A DNA stretch of 51,664 bases from a virus (taxonomy: Duplodnaviria; Caudoviricetes). Made by a program: the position numbers and the translations under genes. Positions 28,035-38,065 of this stretch are shown in pieces (the first letter of the stretch is position 1; each line of letters begins with the position of its first letter). The notes below the pieces were generated by a model that saw only the letters and a program-made list of their open reading frames with translations, searched no databases and was not told the origin of the DNA. The DNA is taken from positions 1-51,664 of the IMG/VR virus record IMGVR_UViG_3300001473_000098; one strand, 5' to 3'.

Positions 28035-28305
28035 TGTCCAACCTGTCCAACCTTGTCCAACCTTGAAAATCAAAGGTAGGACACATATTCCTCAACGCTT
28101 TCAAACGCTTGCAACCAAAGTCCAACCTGTCCGACCTTTCAGCGCCAAAACGAACAGGGCTGGAGGGGTCAATCGCCTTTCGCGCCCGCGTGCGCACGGA
28201 CCACCCGAAAAAGGTTGGACAGGTTGGACAGGTAGGCCAAACCTTTGAAACCAAACGCTTTAATCCCGTCCAACCTCTTATCACCTGTCCAACCTAGGTA
28301 GGACA
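28035..28305. repeat. Iteron-like array (TGTCC(A/T/G)ACCT, about 12 copies, both orientations); putative replication origin
   Basis: Forward at 28035, 28044, 28054, 28119, 28128, 28267, 28286; inverted at 28074, 28212, 28221, 28230, 28296; immediately downstream of the helicase. Confidence 0.8.
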
Positions 28306-28310
28306 AAACG

Positions 28311-29795
28311 TCAAAAATCCGCGTCCTCCCCTTCTTCCTTGAGCCATGGTTCGTCGTCGTCTGGCCAATCGACCGGTTGTCCCAATGCCGCTTCAAACGC
28401 GTCCCTGCAGGCTTGCAGCGACGGGAAACCGTAAAAGCCCTTGCGGGTGTTGGTTTCGGTATCGATGCGCTTCAGATTGGTTCTGACGGCGGGTATCAGT
28501 CGTTTCAGCCCTATCCCGAACGCGGTCTGATCCTGCCGGCGCTTGATGCCGATACGGTCGGATTCATCCAGATACTGATTGAAAAGGGCTTCCTTCTTTA
28601 TCTCGCCATCGGGTGGCCAGCCGCTGATCTTGCTGGACAGATACCCTTCATAAAGGCGGAGAAACAAAAACGACTCGATCGGATTGAATGACCGGATCTT
28701 CTGCTCCAAGAGACTTTTGGTCTTCGGCGCCAGGCGCAGATTTACCTTCGACAAATCGAAGGCGAGCAGATCGGCAAGCAGGGCTTCACGCCCGCCATTG
28801 TTCAATTCCTCATACATTTCATCGAAATACTCGAAGCTCTCGACCGCGTTCGGCGCGATATCGAGGACGCAATAACGACGTTCGTCTTTGCCGGCTGGAA
28901 CAACCCAGTCTTCGTTCGACGTCATCATGATCCGATTGTAAGAGGTCAGGCGAAACGGATCGATGCCCTTGGATTCGATCATCTGGGTTTTTGCGGTGAT
29001 CAGGCCCTTCAGTTTGCCTTCCGCGACCTTGTCGCCGGCCCAGACTGCTTCCTCCGCCTGAAGCAACAGACAGGACGCCATGTGTGCGTTGAAGTTGCCA
29101 GTGACATAGCGCGGCTCATCGACCAGGAAATAGTGTGCCTCGAACAACGACCCCATGACGTCGCCGACGGTGGTCTTGCCGGCGCCCTGCTTGCCGCGGA
29201 TCACGATCGCGGTGCCCATCTTTTCCCGCGGCCGCTGCACCATCTGGGCGAACCAGGCGAACACCCATTCGAACAACCGTTCATCGCCGCTGCAGAAATT
29301 GGTCAGCATGTGGTCGCGAAACACACCGTAAGAGCCGGCGCCGGCGTCCGGCGCAGTGGAATAGCCCTGCCATAGATTGAGGTAACCGGACGTGTTGGCC
29401 GCACCATCCGGGTTCGGAAAAAACTCGATCCCGTCATAGGTCCGGCGACCGCGATCCGAAATCCATCGCGTGGCCCAGCTCACGCGCTTGATCTTGCCGT
29501 CGGCAGCACGGACTTCCGTCGGCCGGTTGGCCATCCAGGTCCCGAACGCCTGTGTCGTCAGAATGCGGATCCGATCCTCGACCGGCGCATCCGGCTTTTC
29601 TCGGATGATGGCGGCCTTGGAACCGATCAAAACCAAGGCCCATTCCTGGTTGAGTTTATCAACGGAGTAGCCGAACGAATTCGGCAAACCTCCCCCTTCG
29701 TCCCTGCTCTCTCTGCCGTCAAAATCGTCATCGTCCAGAGGACTTGCCGAGGCGATCGCCGCATTTATCCTGTCGTCATTGGGATTATTCGCCAC
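28311..29795 (-). CDS. SF3/D5-like (DUF5906) primase-associated helicase
   Basis: GTG start with GAGGAGG RBS; Walker A GKQGAGKT, EEA, TSN, ERR. Confidence 0.88.
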   Translation of the reverse strand: MANNPNDDRINAAIASASPLDDDDFDGRESRDEGGGLPNSFGYSVDKLNQEWALVLIGSKAAIIREKPDAPVEDRIRILTTQAFGTWMANRPTEVRAADGKIKRVSWATRWISDRGRRTYDGIEFFPNPDGAANTSGYLNLWQGYSTAPDAGAGSYGVFRDHMLTNFCSGDERLFEWVFAWFAQMVQRPREKMGTAIVIRGKQGAGKTTVGDVMGSLFEAHYFLVDEPRYVTGNFNAHMASCLLLQAEEAVWAGDKVAEGKLKGLITAKTQMIESKGIDPFRLTSYNRIMMTSNEDWVVPAGKDERRYCVLDIAPNAVESFEYFDEMYEELNNGGREALLADLLAFDLSKVNLRLAPKTKSLLEQKIRSFNPIESFLFLRLYEGYLSSKISGWPPDGEIKKEALFNQYLDESDRIGIKRRQDQTAFGIGLKRLIPAVRTNLKRIDTETNTRKGFYGFPSLQACRDAFEAALGQPVDWPDDDEPWLKEEGEDADF

Positions 29796-31092
29796 GCGCG
29801 ACCTCCTCGATCGGAGCCGCTTCGCGGCACTCTGCCATTGGCCCAGGCTGCGCCGCGGGCGCAGCGGCTTCGGCCGGCGTGCCCAACCGTCGGACGTCGT
29901 TGAAATCAACGCCGTCGCCCGGATGCGCCGCCTTTATGATCCGCCCCGGCACCGCCCAGCGGCGCGCGGCGCGGCGGTGCACGCATTCGCAGGTGAACGG
30001 GTCGGAATCCCCGTCCATCAACGTGATGACCTCCTCGACTGTTTCCGGGATCGACAAGGCGCGTTCGTCGGAAAAGTCCGGACCAGGTCCGGGCACTTTC
30101 GCGATTCGGCCGGCCTTGGTTTTCAGGGTCGGATGCGGGACCGTTTCAGCCGCCTTGCCGCCCAGATGCTGCAGGCTGATCGATGTCCAATAATCCGTCT
30201 GCAGGACGGTTTCACGGCGGTACTTCGCCCCCCGCGCCAGCTCTGCCCGCAAAACCGAAATGACGTTTTCAAAGCCTTCCCCGATTACCAGCCGCTTCGG
30301 CTGGTTACGCAGAACCAGGCGGATCGCTCCGCAGCGTTTCGATCCCCGGATCTTTTTCGACGGCAGGACTTCGCCACTGTCCGGGCAAACGATATGCAGC
30401 TTCTTCCCCGGCCGGTCCGGGTCGATATAGGTGATGTGCACACCTAAAAAATGGCCGGTCGCTCCGGTGATCGGCAACAGCATGGCTGGGCCGGTATGGA
30501 GGATGTAGGGTTCGTCTTCGTCCGTTGTTTCGTTCTTGCGTGTGTGCCAGTAGGGCAGTTCCGGCGCGCACCGGATCAGTATTTCAGACGGCAGCGGCCA
30601 GACCTCGCGCGCAAACAGGTAGCGTTCAATCGCGGATCGGCGGATTGGTTCCCCACCCCTCCATATGCCATAGGCCTTTTTGCGCTCGCTCTCCCGATAC
30701 CAATTCTCCTTCTGCTCCGCCCGTTCCCTGGCCGCTTCGGCCTCGCGTCGCCGGCGGTCCAGTTCTTCGGGCGGGATCGGCGCCAGGCCGCCATCGGCCA
30801 AGCCCGCTTCGCCGGCCAAGCGCTGGACGGCCTCACGAAAGCTGATTCCCTCGGTCTCACTGACAAACCGGAAAATGTCGCCCGTCGCGCCACACCCGAA
30901 GCAATGATAGGACCCGCGCCGGTCGCGGACATGAAAGCTCGGCGTCTTTTCGGCATGGAACGGACAACAGGCCCAATATTCCCGCTTCCCCGGTTTCGAT
31001 TTCTTCGCGTCCCAGGTCACAAGCCGGCCGGCAATGTCGGATATGTTCAGCTTGTTGCGGATATCGTCGAGAACGTGCGGCGGATAGAGCAT
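29785..31092 (-). CDS. DNA primase (CHC2 zinc finger plus TOPRIM)
   Basis: CPFHAEKTPSF..YHCFGCG; IGEGFE; DGDSD; DFND. Confidence 0.9.
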   Translation of the reverse strand: MLYPPHVLDDIRNKLNISDIAGRLVTWDAKKSKPGKREYWACCPFHAEKTPSFHVRDRRGSYHCFGCGATGDIFRFVSETEGISFREAVQRLAGEAGLADGGLAPIPPEELDRRRREAEAARERAEQKENWYRESERKKAYGIWRGGEPIRRSAIERYLFAREVWPLPSEILIRCAPELPYWHTRKNETTDEDEPYILHTGPAMLLPITGATGHFLGVHITYIDPDRPGKKLHIVCPDSGEVLPSKKIRGSKRCGAIRLVLRNQPKRLVIGEGFENVISVLRAELARGAKYRRETVLQTDYWTSISLQHLGGKAAETVPHPTLKTKAGRIAKVPGPGPDFSDERALSIPETVEEVITLMDGDSDPFTCECVHRRAARRWAVPGRIIKAAHPGDGVDFNDVRRLGTPAEAAAPAAQPGPMAECREAAPIEEVARGE

Positions 31093-31466
31093 CAGGCGAC
31101 CCTCCGCAAATCGACGACGCGCGGATCGACCGGGTTGATCGGAAACCGCTCGCGCAGCATGGCTTCCGACACGCCATCCGGCTGGTCCAGCTTCGCCAGC
31201 CAGCCGATCGCCTGCGCATGGTCGATATCCAACATGTGCGCCATCAGCGATATGGAATCGTCACCGCGGGCATTGCAGATCGGGCACTTCCACCGGTCCT
31301 GACCGGTATGGATGGCGAAGGCCTCCCGGGCCCGGCATTTCGGGCAGATGCCGGTTCGAACGACATCGCCCGATACGACCCAATGTTCGCTTTCGGCAAC
31401 CGCGAGGCAGGTCCTGACCACGGCCGCGGCAATCCAGCTTTCGGTGTCCATATCAAACATTGGCAA
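31092..31466 (-). CDS. Zinc-binding protein (P4 alpha primase ZBD-like)
   Basis: GICPKC..F..WKCPIC..GDDSISL. Confidence 0.65.
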   Translation of the reverse strand: MPMFDMDTESWIAAAVVRTCLAVAESEHWVVSGDVVRTGICPKCRAREAFAIHTGQDRWKCPICNARGDDSISLMAHMLDIDHAQAIGWLAKLDQPDGVSEAMLRERFPINPVDPRVVDLRRVA

Positions 31467-33993
31467 CCTCCCGCATCGGCGCCCCCTCCCCCGGATCCAT
31501 CAAATCGAACAGGCTCGGCGTCTCGATCTCCGCTTCGGCCGCGGTGAGATAGTGAACGCCGTCGCGGAAATAGCCCTCGTGCAGCTCGCAGCCGAGGCCG
31601 ATCCGCCCCTTCAGGACGGCGCGCAGCGGCACGGTCATCAATCCGGCGAACGGGTCGTAGACGGTCTCTCCGGGCATCGAAAAGCGTTCGATCAGCCGGT
31701 CGACGATGTCGAACTGAAGCGGGCAGATGTGCATCTCGACATTGCGCCGGACCTGGTCGCCGTTCAGCGTCTTCATGCGCGCCACGTCGTGCCAGACGTC
31801 AGGATGCGCCGATGCCGGCGCAAGCGCCATGAACGTCTTCGGCAGGCGGTCGCCCAGTTCCTCGCCCAGCCGCACGAGATAATCGTGGTCGTAGATTTCA
31901 GCCAGACTGAACCGTTTAACGATCGCGGTGATATCGGACATGCCGAGCGTCTTGAGCCGTTCGGCGAATTCCGCCGGCGGCACGAGCCGATCCCCGGCCG
32001 ATCGCCAATAGGCATGCGCATCGATCTGCCATCGCGCCAGGGAATAGTCCTGTTTGTCGCGTACGACCGGAACGTCGGCATAGCCGCGGCCCCGATCGCT
32101 CTGCGGCTTGCGGAACAAAAGCACATATTCCGGACAGCCGACCCCGGCTTTCGATCCGTCCTTGCACATTTCGGAATAGCCCAGCCGGTATGTCTGATTG
32201 TTCTCTCGCACCACGTCGGTCACGATCGTGATCATGCCGGCATAGTCGAACTCGTGGCGACGGCCGTGCAGGATCGCTTCGGCATGGAATGGCGATATGG
32301 TCGGCGCGCCGGCGCCCGTGACGGCGCCGAACAAAACCCGGTCCTTGACGTGAATGCAGGCGAGCCGACCGGGATTGAGGATCCGCAAGAGTTCCGGCGT
32401 CAGGAAGTCCATCTGGCGCCAGAAATGATCGTTGTCGTCGGTGTGCCCGAAATCGTTGTAGGAATCGGTATATTCATAGTGATTGGAAAACGGGATCGAG
32501 GTCACGACCAGGTCGACGCTGTCGGGATCCATGCGCGCGGTTTCGTCGACGCAATCATTGTTGACCGCGCGGAACCGATTGCCGGCGACTGCCTTTCGCT
32601 CCACCCCGATCGACCGGCCGGTGACTTCCGCAACCGGCAACCGGCCCAGCCCGTACCGGCGGATGATCGCGGTCATGCGCGCCATCATCGCGTCATGTTC
32701 GGCCCATTTGGTTTCCAGGTTCCGGCGGACCTCGCGTTCGGCTTCGGAATGGATGATGTCGAGTCTGCAGGGCCGGGTCTGGCCGAACCGGACGGTGCGG
32801 TGGACCGCCTGGATGAAATCATGGAACTTGAAGCCGATGCCAAGAAACACCGACCACGCACAATGGCGCTGAAAATTGCAGCCGACGCCGGACATTTCCG
32901 GCTTCGTCGCCAGTTCGGCAAAGCGTCCATATTTGAAGTCGACGGCGTTTCGTTCGTTGACGGCCTGGTCCTGCGCCCCGTAGATCGCGCGGGCATCCGG
33001 CACGGCTTCGGCGATCGCCTCGCGCTCGGCTTCAAGATCGTGCCAGATGATCCGGTGCGCGTCAGGACCCTCGGCACGGATTTCCATAAGCTTCCGGACC
33101 CGGGCGGCAAGGCTCGACCGTTTTTCCGCCGCGGCCTGCGAAACCCCGAGCGCGGCATTGCGAAACAACCGCCCCTGCCCGTCCCGATCCGCCCCGGCCG
33201 TGGAATGGTCGCTCGGCACTTCGTGCCAGTTCACCGTCACAGCCGGCAGTTCATATCCATCGTCGCTGAACCCGAGGTCCGACGGCTTCTGCAGAAAGAT
33301 CGCCCAGGAATGCACCCAAAGCCAGAATTCATCTTCCTTGTGCGGATAAAGCTGAAGGTCGCCGGCCTTTTTGGAATTACGCTGGAAAAACCGTGTCAAT
33401 GCCTGGCCGGTATCCATCACGCCCAGAAAGCCGGCATAATGGATCAGTTCCTTGATCCGGTTCGGCGACGGCGTCGCGGTCGCGACGAAACGATAGGGCA
33501 CGCCCTCGAACAGGGGCAGGAATTCCTGATAGGTCTTCGATCCGAACGACCGCAGCACCGCCGCCTCATCGAGACTCGCCGCGTTGAACAGGCCGGGATC
33601 CAGCCGGCCGTCGCGCACGCTTTCATAGTTCGTCAGATAAAGCCCGTCGCCGTCGATTTCGGCGTCGCGCCGAATGAACCGCGGCGTGACGGCAAATTGG
33701 TCCCGGAACCGCTCATCGGTTTCCGCCATGAATTCGTGCGTTACGCCAAGCGGAGCGACAATAAGCTGCCGGCCGCCGTGACACCGGGCGACATGGCGCA
33801 TGATTTCAAGCTGGATCGAGGTCTTGTGCAGTCCGAAGGCCGCAAAGATCGCACGGCAGCCGCCCGAAAGCGCCCATGGAACGATCGCCCGACAGTGCGG
33901 CGCCAGGTTCGGATTGACGTCGGCCGGATCAATGTGGAAACCAGTCGGTTCGGCCAAAGTCATTTTGGCTTCGAGGAAGTCGCGATAGTTCAT
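31453..33993 (-). CDS. SNF2-like helicase domain fused to N4/N6 DNA methyltransferase
   Basis: FGLHKT, LDEA, TATP, RFGQ; TSIPF, HICPLQ, DPFAG. Confidence 0.9.
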   Translation of the reverse strand: MNYRDFLEAKMTLAEPTGFHIDPADVNPNLAPHCRAIVPWALSGGCRAIFAAFGLHKTSIQLEIMRHVARCHGGRQLIVAPLGVTHEFMAETDERFRDQFAVTPRFIRRDAEIDGDGLYLTNYESVRDGRLDPGLFNAASLDEAAVLRSFGSKTYQEFLPLFEGVPYRFVATATPSPNRIKELIHYAGFLGVMDTGQALTRFFQRNSKKAGDLQLYPHKEDEFWLWVHSWAIFLQKPSDLGFSDDGYELPAVTVNWHEVPSDHSTAGADRDGQGRLFRNAALGVSQAAAEKRSSLAARVRKLMEIRAEGPDAHRIIWHDLEAEREAIAEAVPDARAIYGAQDQAVNERNAVDFKYGRFAELATKPEMSGVGCNFQRHCAWSVFLGIGFKFHDFIQAVHRTVRFGQTRPCRLDIIHSEAEREVRRNLETKWAEHDAMMARMTAIIRRYGLGRLPVAEVTGRSIGVERKAVAGNRFRAVNNDCVDETARMDPDSVDLVVTSIPFSNHYEYTDSYNDFGHTDDNDHFWRQMDFLTPELLRILNPGRLACIHVKDRVLFGAVTGAGAPTISPFHAEAILHGRRHEFDYAGMITIVTDVVRENNQTYRLGYSEMCKDGSKAGVGCPEYVLLFRKPQSDRGRGYADVPVVRDKQDYSLARWQIDAHAYWRSAGDRLVPPAEFAERLKTLGMSDITAIVKRFSLAEIYDHDYLVRLGEELGDRLPKTFMALAPASAHPDVWHDVARMKTLNGDQVRRNVEMHICPLQFDIVDRLIERFSMPGETVYDPFAGLMTVPLRAVLKGRIGLGCELHEGYFRDGVHYLTAAEAEIETPSLFDLMDPGEGAPMREVANV

Positions 33994-34298
33994 GGTGCCC
34001 CCGTATCCGAAAGCGCCTCTTGCTGATCTCGCGCCTCATCGCGGCATGCGGCGCACTGCTCGAATTCGCCGCTTCCATGCCGACACCGCACCACTAGGTC
34101 CCGAACGAAGACTGTCTTTTGCTCCGCGCGATCGTCCGCCGTCGGGACGAAGGTTCGGAGGTTGCGTAACAGTTTCATCAGATGCGGGGAAAGGATGGGC
34201 AGCCCGGCCGCTTCCGCGTCGATCTGGGCAAACATGCAGTCGCCGCACAGCAACACGCCGTCGTCGTCGCCGCATCTGGGACATTTGGGTTCGTTCAT
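33990..34298 (-). CDS. Hypothetical Cys-rich protein
   Basis: CPRC..CGDC..CRH..CAAC; ATGA overlaps at both ends. Confidence 0.55.
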   Translation of the reverse strand: MNEPKCPRCGDDDGVLLCGDCMFAQIDAEAAGLPILSPHLMKLLRNLRTFVPTADDRAEQKTVFVRDLVVRCRHGSGEFEQCAACRDEARDQQEALSDTGAP

Positions 34299-34666
34299 GG
34301 CCAGCACTCCGGGGCCACGGGCAGAACAAACAAACACCCGCGGGACCAATCGCCATCCCGCATGGTTGCCGGCGTAAGAGGTGCGCCAGCGCAAGGATCT
34401 TTCAAAAACTCGGCAAATGCCGCATCCTCGAGACTAATCATTTCACTGGCGGGACATTTGGTCCCAATCCACGGCACGATCACATGCGGCACACCTGCGG
34501 GACCGCGATAGGAGACGACCAAAAACGCGGAACAGAACTGGCAGAAGTGCGAAAGGACTTCGGTCTCGCTTAAGCCAGATCCGTCGTAGTAGGCCTTGTG
34601 CCAGGAATCGATACCGGGTCGATGGCAGTGCGGGCAGTTCCATCGGGTGTGAGAATCGTGGGTCAT
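34295..34666 (-). CDS. Hypothetical zinc-ribbon protein
   Basis: CPHC..CQFC; GGAG RBS. Confidence 0.5.
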   Translation of the reverse strand: MTHDSHTRWNCPHCHRPGIDSWHKAYYDGSGLSETEVLSHFCQFCSAFLVVSYRGPAGVPHVIVPWIGTKCPASEMISLEDAAFAEFLKDPCAGAPLTPATMRDGDWSRGCLFVLPVAPECWP

Positions 34667-34693
34667 GGTTCGCTCCGCTCCTCTCGCTCCGTG

Positions 34694-34984
34694 TCAATGC
34701 ACGCTGGATTTCGTGAACGGCGCACCCGAACCCGGACCATGCACGGACGAATCTTCTCCGCCCTGCGCCTGTGCGACCGCCTGCGCCGACAGCAAAAGAT
34801 TGCGGACAATCGTGTCGACCAGATCCAAACCGAAGGGCGCGATCGCAAAGACAGCGCCGTCCTCATCAACAAGCTGAATGAACAGGCCCGAACATCCGCA
34901 GGTCGGGTCGGTGCAGCTCGCAATCGAAAACTGCGATGCCACCCTGATCCCCCGGCGCCCCGCTTCCTCGCGCGATATGGTCAT
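34694..34984 (-). CDS. Hypothetical protein
   Basis: ATGA coupling, GGAG RBS; CTDPTCGC. Confidence 0.6.
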   Translation of the reverse strand: MTISREEAGRRGIRVASQFSIASCTDPTCGCSGLFIQLVDEDGAVFAIAPFGLDLVDTIVRNLLLSAQAVAQAQGGEDSSVHGPGSGAPFTKSSVH

Positions 34985-37110
34985 GGTCTGTCTCCCGTGG
35001 TTTGGCCCCGAACAGCGATCCCAACCGCAAGATTGCGGACCCAGATCGGTTCATTCGAAAGCATGAAGGTTTCGCCGGACCAGGCGAGAAGCAGGGTCTG
35101 GCCCATCGTGTCGGCGATGGCCTTGGCCGCAGGCGGCGGCACGGCGTTGCCGATGCGCTCGCGCCAGGCGGAATCCGACAGGCCGTCCAGCTCAAGCACC
35201 TCGTGCGGATCGACCAGGCCCTGCAGGGCGGCCAACTCCAACGTCGTGAACGGCCGGTGCCAGGTTCCGTCCAGCGCGCGAATGACCGCGAACAGGCGGT
35301 CGTTCGGTGCCGGAAGGGAGGACGCCGCGCCCTGGTCCGAACACGCGGCGACGCGCGGATCCGCGACCGACCATCGGCCATTGTCGTGTCTGGCGGATCC
35401 GGACACGGTCCCGCTTTCGGACTTCCAGTCAACAACGCCGTAATGGCCGCCGGTAAGATAGGCGTCGCGGCCGTCGCGAGCGAAATCCGGTCTGGGATCG
35501 GCGACCGACAGCGCGCCCGACTGGACGTGCTGCCCGCCCGTCACGGTTTTGGACGGCGCATCCCAGCCCTGAACCGACAGCTTGTTGTGAAAGGCGTTCG
35601 GCCGGTATCCGTTGCACCGCGGATCCGCGACCGACCCGCCGCCGGAATAAGGCGCGCGGCTTCCCGTGACGGTGCCGGCGTGGCTTTCCCAATCGGCGAC
35701 GGCAAGCTTGTTGCGATGCGCCGAGGGCGACCAGTTGCAGCGCGGATCGGCGACACCCAGCCCGCCAGCCGACGGCATGCCGCCGCCGGTCACGGCCGGC
35801 GATGTCTCGCCATAGCCGACGACGCGAAACACATTGTTGAACCGGACCCCGCCAAGGCGCGGATCCGCCAGCGCAAACGCCCCCTGCCCGGTCGTCGAAG
35901 CGCCGATCACCGTCCCGGCCGGTTCGTCGATCCGCGTGACGCGGTATTTGCCCTTGCCGCCGAAGCCGGGCCCGGCGCGCGGGTCGGCGACGGAATGAGG
36001 CCCGCCGCCCGCCAGCATCTTCGACGTGACCACGCCCGACGGCCGGTCCCATGGGCGCACGCCCAGTTGAACGGATTTCGGGTGGCCATCCACACGCGGA
36101 TCCGCAACCGAATAGGCTCCGGTCGTCGGCGTTCCGCGGCCGGAAACGACGCCGGTGGAATCGCCCCAGTCGTGGACGCCGAGATAGCCGCCATGGCGTT
36201 CGCCAACGATCGCGAAATCGCGCAGAAACCCGTCCTCGACCGCAAGGTCGTTGAGCGATCGCCAGTCCGAGCCGGCCTTGACGAAGGCCAGCCGCACCCA
36301 TGTCTTCCATTGCAGGCTGGGCATGCGGTGCATGGGCAGGACCGGTTCCGGGCCCGGCACGGGCAGCGTGTCCAGGACGTCGCCGACGCCGAGCAGCGGC
36401 CGCTTCGGCGGCTCGTAGACAAACGGCGGGACCTTGTCCTGATGCCGCGCCACCAGAAGAAACCGCTTGCGGCTTTGCGCCAGGCCGCCCAATTCGCCGC
36501 AATCGTGCGTCGTCTCCGCCACCGCATAGCCGTATTGACGCAACAGGGCGATGATCCGGTCGAGCAGCGGCCGGCCGCGCGACGCGATCCGCGGCACATT
36601 TTCAAAGACGACTAGGTCGACGGGATCGTCTCTATAGGCCTCGAGCATCAACCAGACGCCGCGCAGGGTCAGCGCGTTCAGGGCCTGATATTTCGCCGTC
36701 TTCGACGAGGTTTCCGAAAGCAGCCCGGAAAAGCCCTTGCACGGCGCCGACAAAAACATGATATGCGGCCGCTCGTTTCCGAATGCCGCATGCAGGTCCG
36801 ACGGAAGCCGCTCGCGCCAGTCCGGACCCGGCTCGCGGCCATGAAAATCGATATATTGCGCGCGCGAAAACAGATCCATGCAGGTGCCGGGCACGCCGGC
36901 CAGCCGGCCGAAATCGGCAATCGCCGCGGGGCTGAAGTCGATCCCGCCGAGACAGCGGAATTTCGCCTTCAGCGACCCGACCCGGGCTTCGCCTCGGTTG
37001 AAGCCGCGGGCCGCGGCGCCGAGGCCGCAGAACAGGTGCGCATGCCGGATTTCTCTTTCGGTCCCGGTCCGGCGTTCCGCCGTCCTCGCCTCTTGTGCCG
37101 CCCTCACCAT
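34981..37110 (-). CDS. C5 cytosine DNA methyltransferase with seven tandem TRD-like ADPR repeats
   Basis: FCGLG, SAPCKGFS, ENVP, QSRKR, HRPFTTLELAALQ, IGNAVPP. Confidence 0.9.
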   Translation of the reverse strand: MVRAAQEARTAERRTGTEREIRHAHLFCGLGAAARGFNRGEARVGSLKAKFRCLGGIDFSPAAIADFGRLAGVPGTCMDLFSRAQYIDFHGREPGPDWRERLPSDLHAAFGNERPHIMFLSAPCKGFSGLLSETSSKTAKYQALNALTLRGVWLMLEAYRDDPVDLVVFENVPRIASRGRPLLDRIIALLRQYGYAVAETTHDCGELGGLAQSRKRFLLVARHQDKVPPFVYEPPKRPLLGVGDVLDTLPVPGPEPVLPMHRMPSLQWKTWVRLAFVKAGSDWRSLNDLAVEDGFLRDFAIVGERHGGYLGVHDWGDSTGVVSGRGTPTTGAYSVADPRVDGHPKSVQLGVRPWDRPSGVVTSKMLAGGGPHSVADPRAGPGFGGKGKYRVTRIDEPAGTVIGASTTGQGAFALADPRLGGVRFNNVFRVVGYGETSPAVTGGGMPSAGGLGVADPRCNWSPSAHRNKLAVADWESHAGTVTGSRAPYSGGGSVADPRCNGYRPNAFHNKLSVQGWDAPSKTVTGGQHVQSGALSVADPRPDFARDGRDAYLTGGHYGVVDWKSESGTVSGSARHDNGRWSVADPRVAACSDQGAASSLPAPNDRLFAVIRALDGTWHRPFTTLELAALQGLVDPHEVLELDGLSDSAWRERIGNAVPPPAAKAIADTMGQTLLLAWSGETFMLSNEPIWVRNLAVGIAVRGQTTGDRP

Positions 37111-37448
37111 GTGGACAGCTCGCTTTCGTCGACGTCGGCTTCGTCGAACATGTCCGAATCCGGCGCCGGCAAGGAATTCTGATAGTGCAGACGGTGCACC
37201 GGACGCGGATCGCCAAGGCTTGCGGCGACCGTGCGCGCGACGTCCTCGGTCGTCGGGCGCAGCGCAAAGATCGCCGATCCGCCGCGATATTCCGTCACGA
37301 AGTCCTCGCCGGACTCCCCGACCGGGATATCGATGCGCAAAAGGGCCGCGCCGAACCGGGTTTCCTCGCTGATCCGCCCGGCCCGCTTGATGCGGCCGAA
37401 GATTTCGACAATCGCCCATTCTTCGGGTTCACGGTTTTCATCGGTCAT
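37104..37448 (-). CDS. Phage hypothetical protein
   Basis: EWAIVEIFG..AGRISE..FG..LLRIDIP; GAGG RBS. Confidence 0.75.
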   Translation of the reverse strand: MTDENREPEEWAIVEIFGRIKRAGRISEETRFGAALLRIDIPVGESGEDFVTEYRGGSAIFALRPTTEDVARTVAASLGDPRPVHRLHYQNSLPAPDSDMFDEADVDESELSTW

Positions 37449-37457
37449 GGTGTCACC

Positions 37458-37880
37458 TCAAAAGTCAGCGTTTGTGGAATTGATCAGTGCGGCCGCAACG
37501 TCGTCGGGCACATCGAAGAACCCGAGGCGGCCCTTGCAGGGCATGAAATCCAGCTTGCGAACGTCGTCGAAAACGAAGCCATAGGGGCCGTAAAACCAGT
37601 CGGACGGATGTGCCGTCACGCAATCGGTGATGGTCCCGAAGCCGACCAGGCCGCCGGTGCGCGCCTGCAGGTCATAGGCGTTGCGGATCATCTGGCGCGG
37701 CGTTCCGGTCTGATCCGCGATCTGTGCAATGACGCCGTCGATACCGTCCTTCTGGACCGCCTGTCCGGCATGGATCAGGCACGGCCCGCGAAACGCGGTT
37801 TTCCATGTCCGGTTTTCGACCGGTTTGAAGCCGGCGGCGATCGCCCAGGCATAGGGTTGTTGGATCGACAAGGCTTTCAT
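37458..37880 (-). CDS. ASCH domain protein
   Basis: MKALSIQQPYAWAI..GFKPVENRTW..RG..LIHAG. Confidence 0.92.
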   Translation of the reverse strand: MKALSIQQPYAWAIAAGFKPVENRTWKTAFRGPCLIHAGQAVQKDGIDGVIAQIADQTGTPRQMIRNAYDLQARTGGLVGFGTITDCVTAHPSDWFYGPYGFVFDDVRKLDFMPCKGRLGFFDVPDDVAAALINSTNADF

Positions 37881-38065
37881 GACGCATCTCCCGTGTTTTC
37901 CGCCTCAACCACCCGCAAATCCGGGCCATGCTCGCGCTCGCGCTTGGCGTTGAGGACAATGCAGATTTCGGATTCCGGGATGCCAAGCGCGCCAGAAATG
38001 TCGGCCGCATCGAACCGGCGAGACTCCCAAAGGGTGATGGCGGCGGCGGCTTGCACGAGGGTCAT
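37877..38065 (-). CDS. Small HTH-like protein
   Basis: LWESRRFDAADISGALGIPESEI; GGAGGGG RBS. Confidence 0.55.
   Translation of the reverse strand: MTLVQAAAAITLWESRRFDAADISGALGIPESEICIVLNAKREREHGPDLRVVEAENTGDAS

Noticed and set aside
27616-28297. ORFs with CPTCPT, VGQVGQ or LSNLSN repeats
   Set aside because: Translations of the iteron array rather than proteins
28035-28305. Possible CRISPR or DGR repeat array
   Set aside because: Units are 10 bp, in both orientations, without regular spacers; no cas or reverse transcriptase gene seen
31312-34026. 904-aa plus-strand ORF
   Set aside because: Antisense shadow of the helicase-methyltransferase gene in GC-rich DNA; no motifs or RBS
35002-36615. 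537-aa plus-strand ORF and similar long Arg/Pro-rich ORFs across the window
   Set aside because: Shadow frames of well-supported genes; composition typical of non-coding frames at high GC
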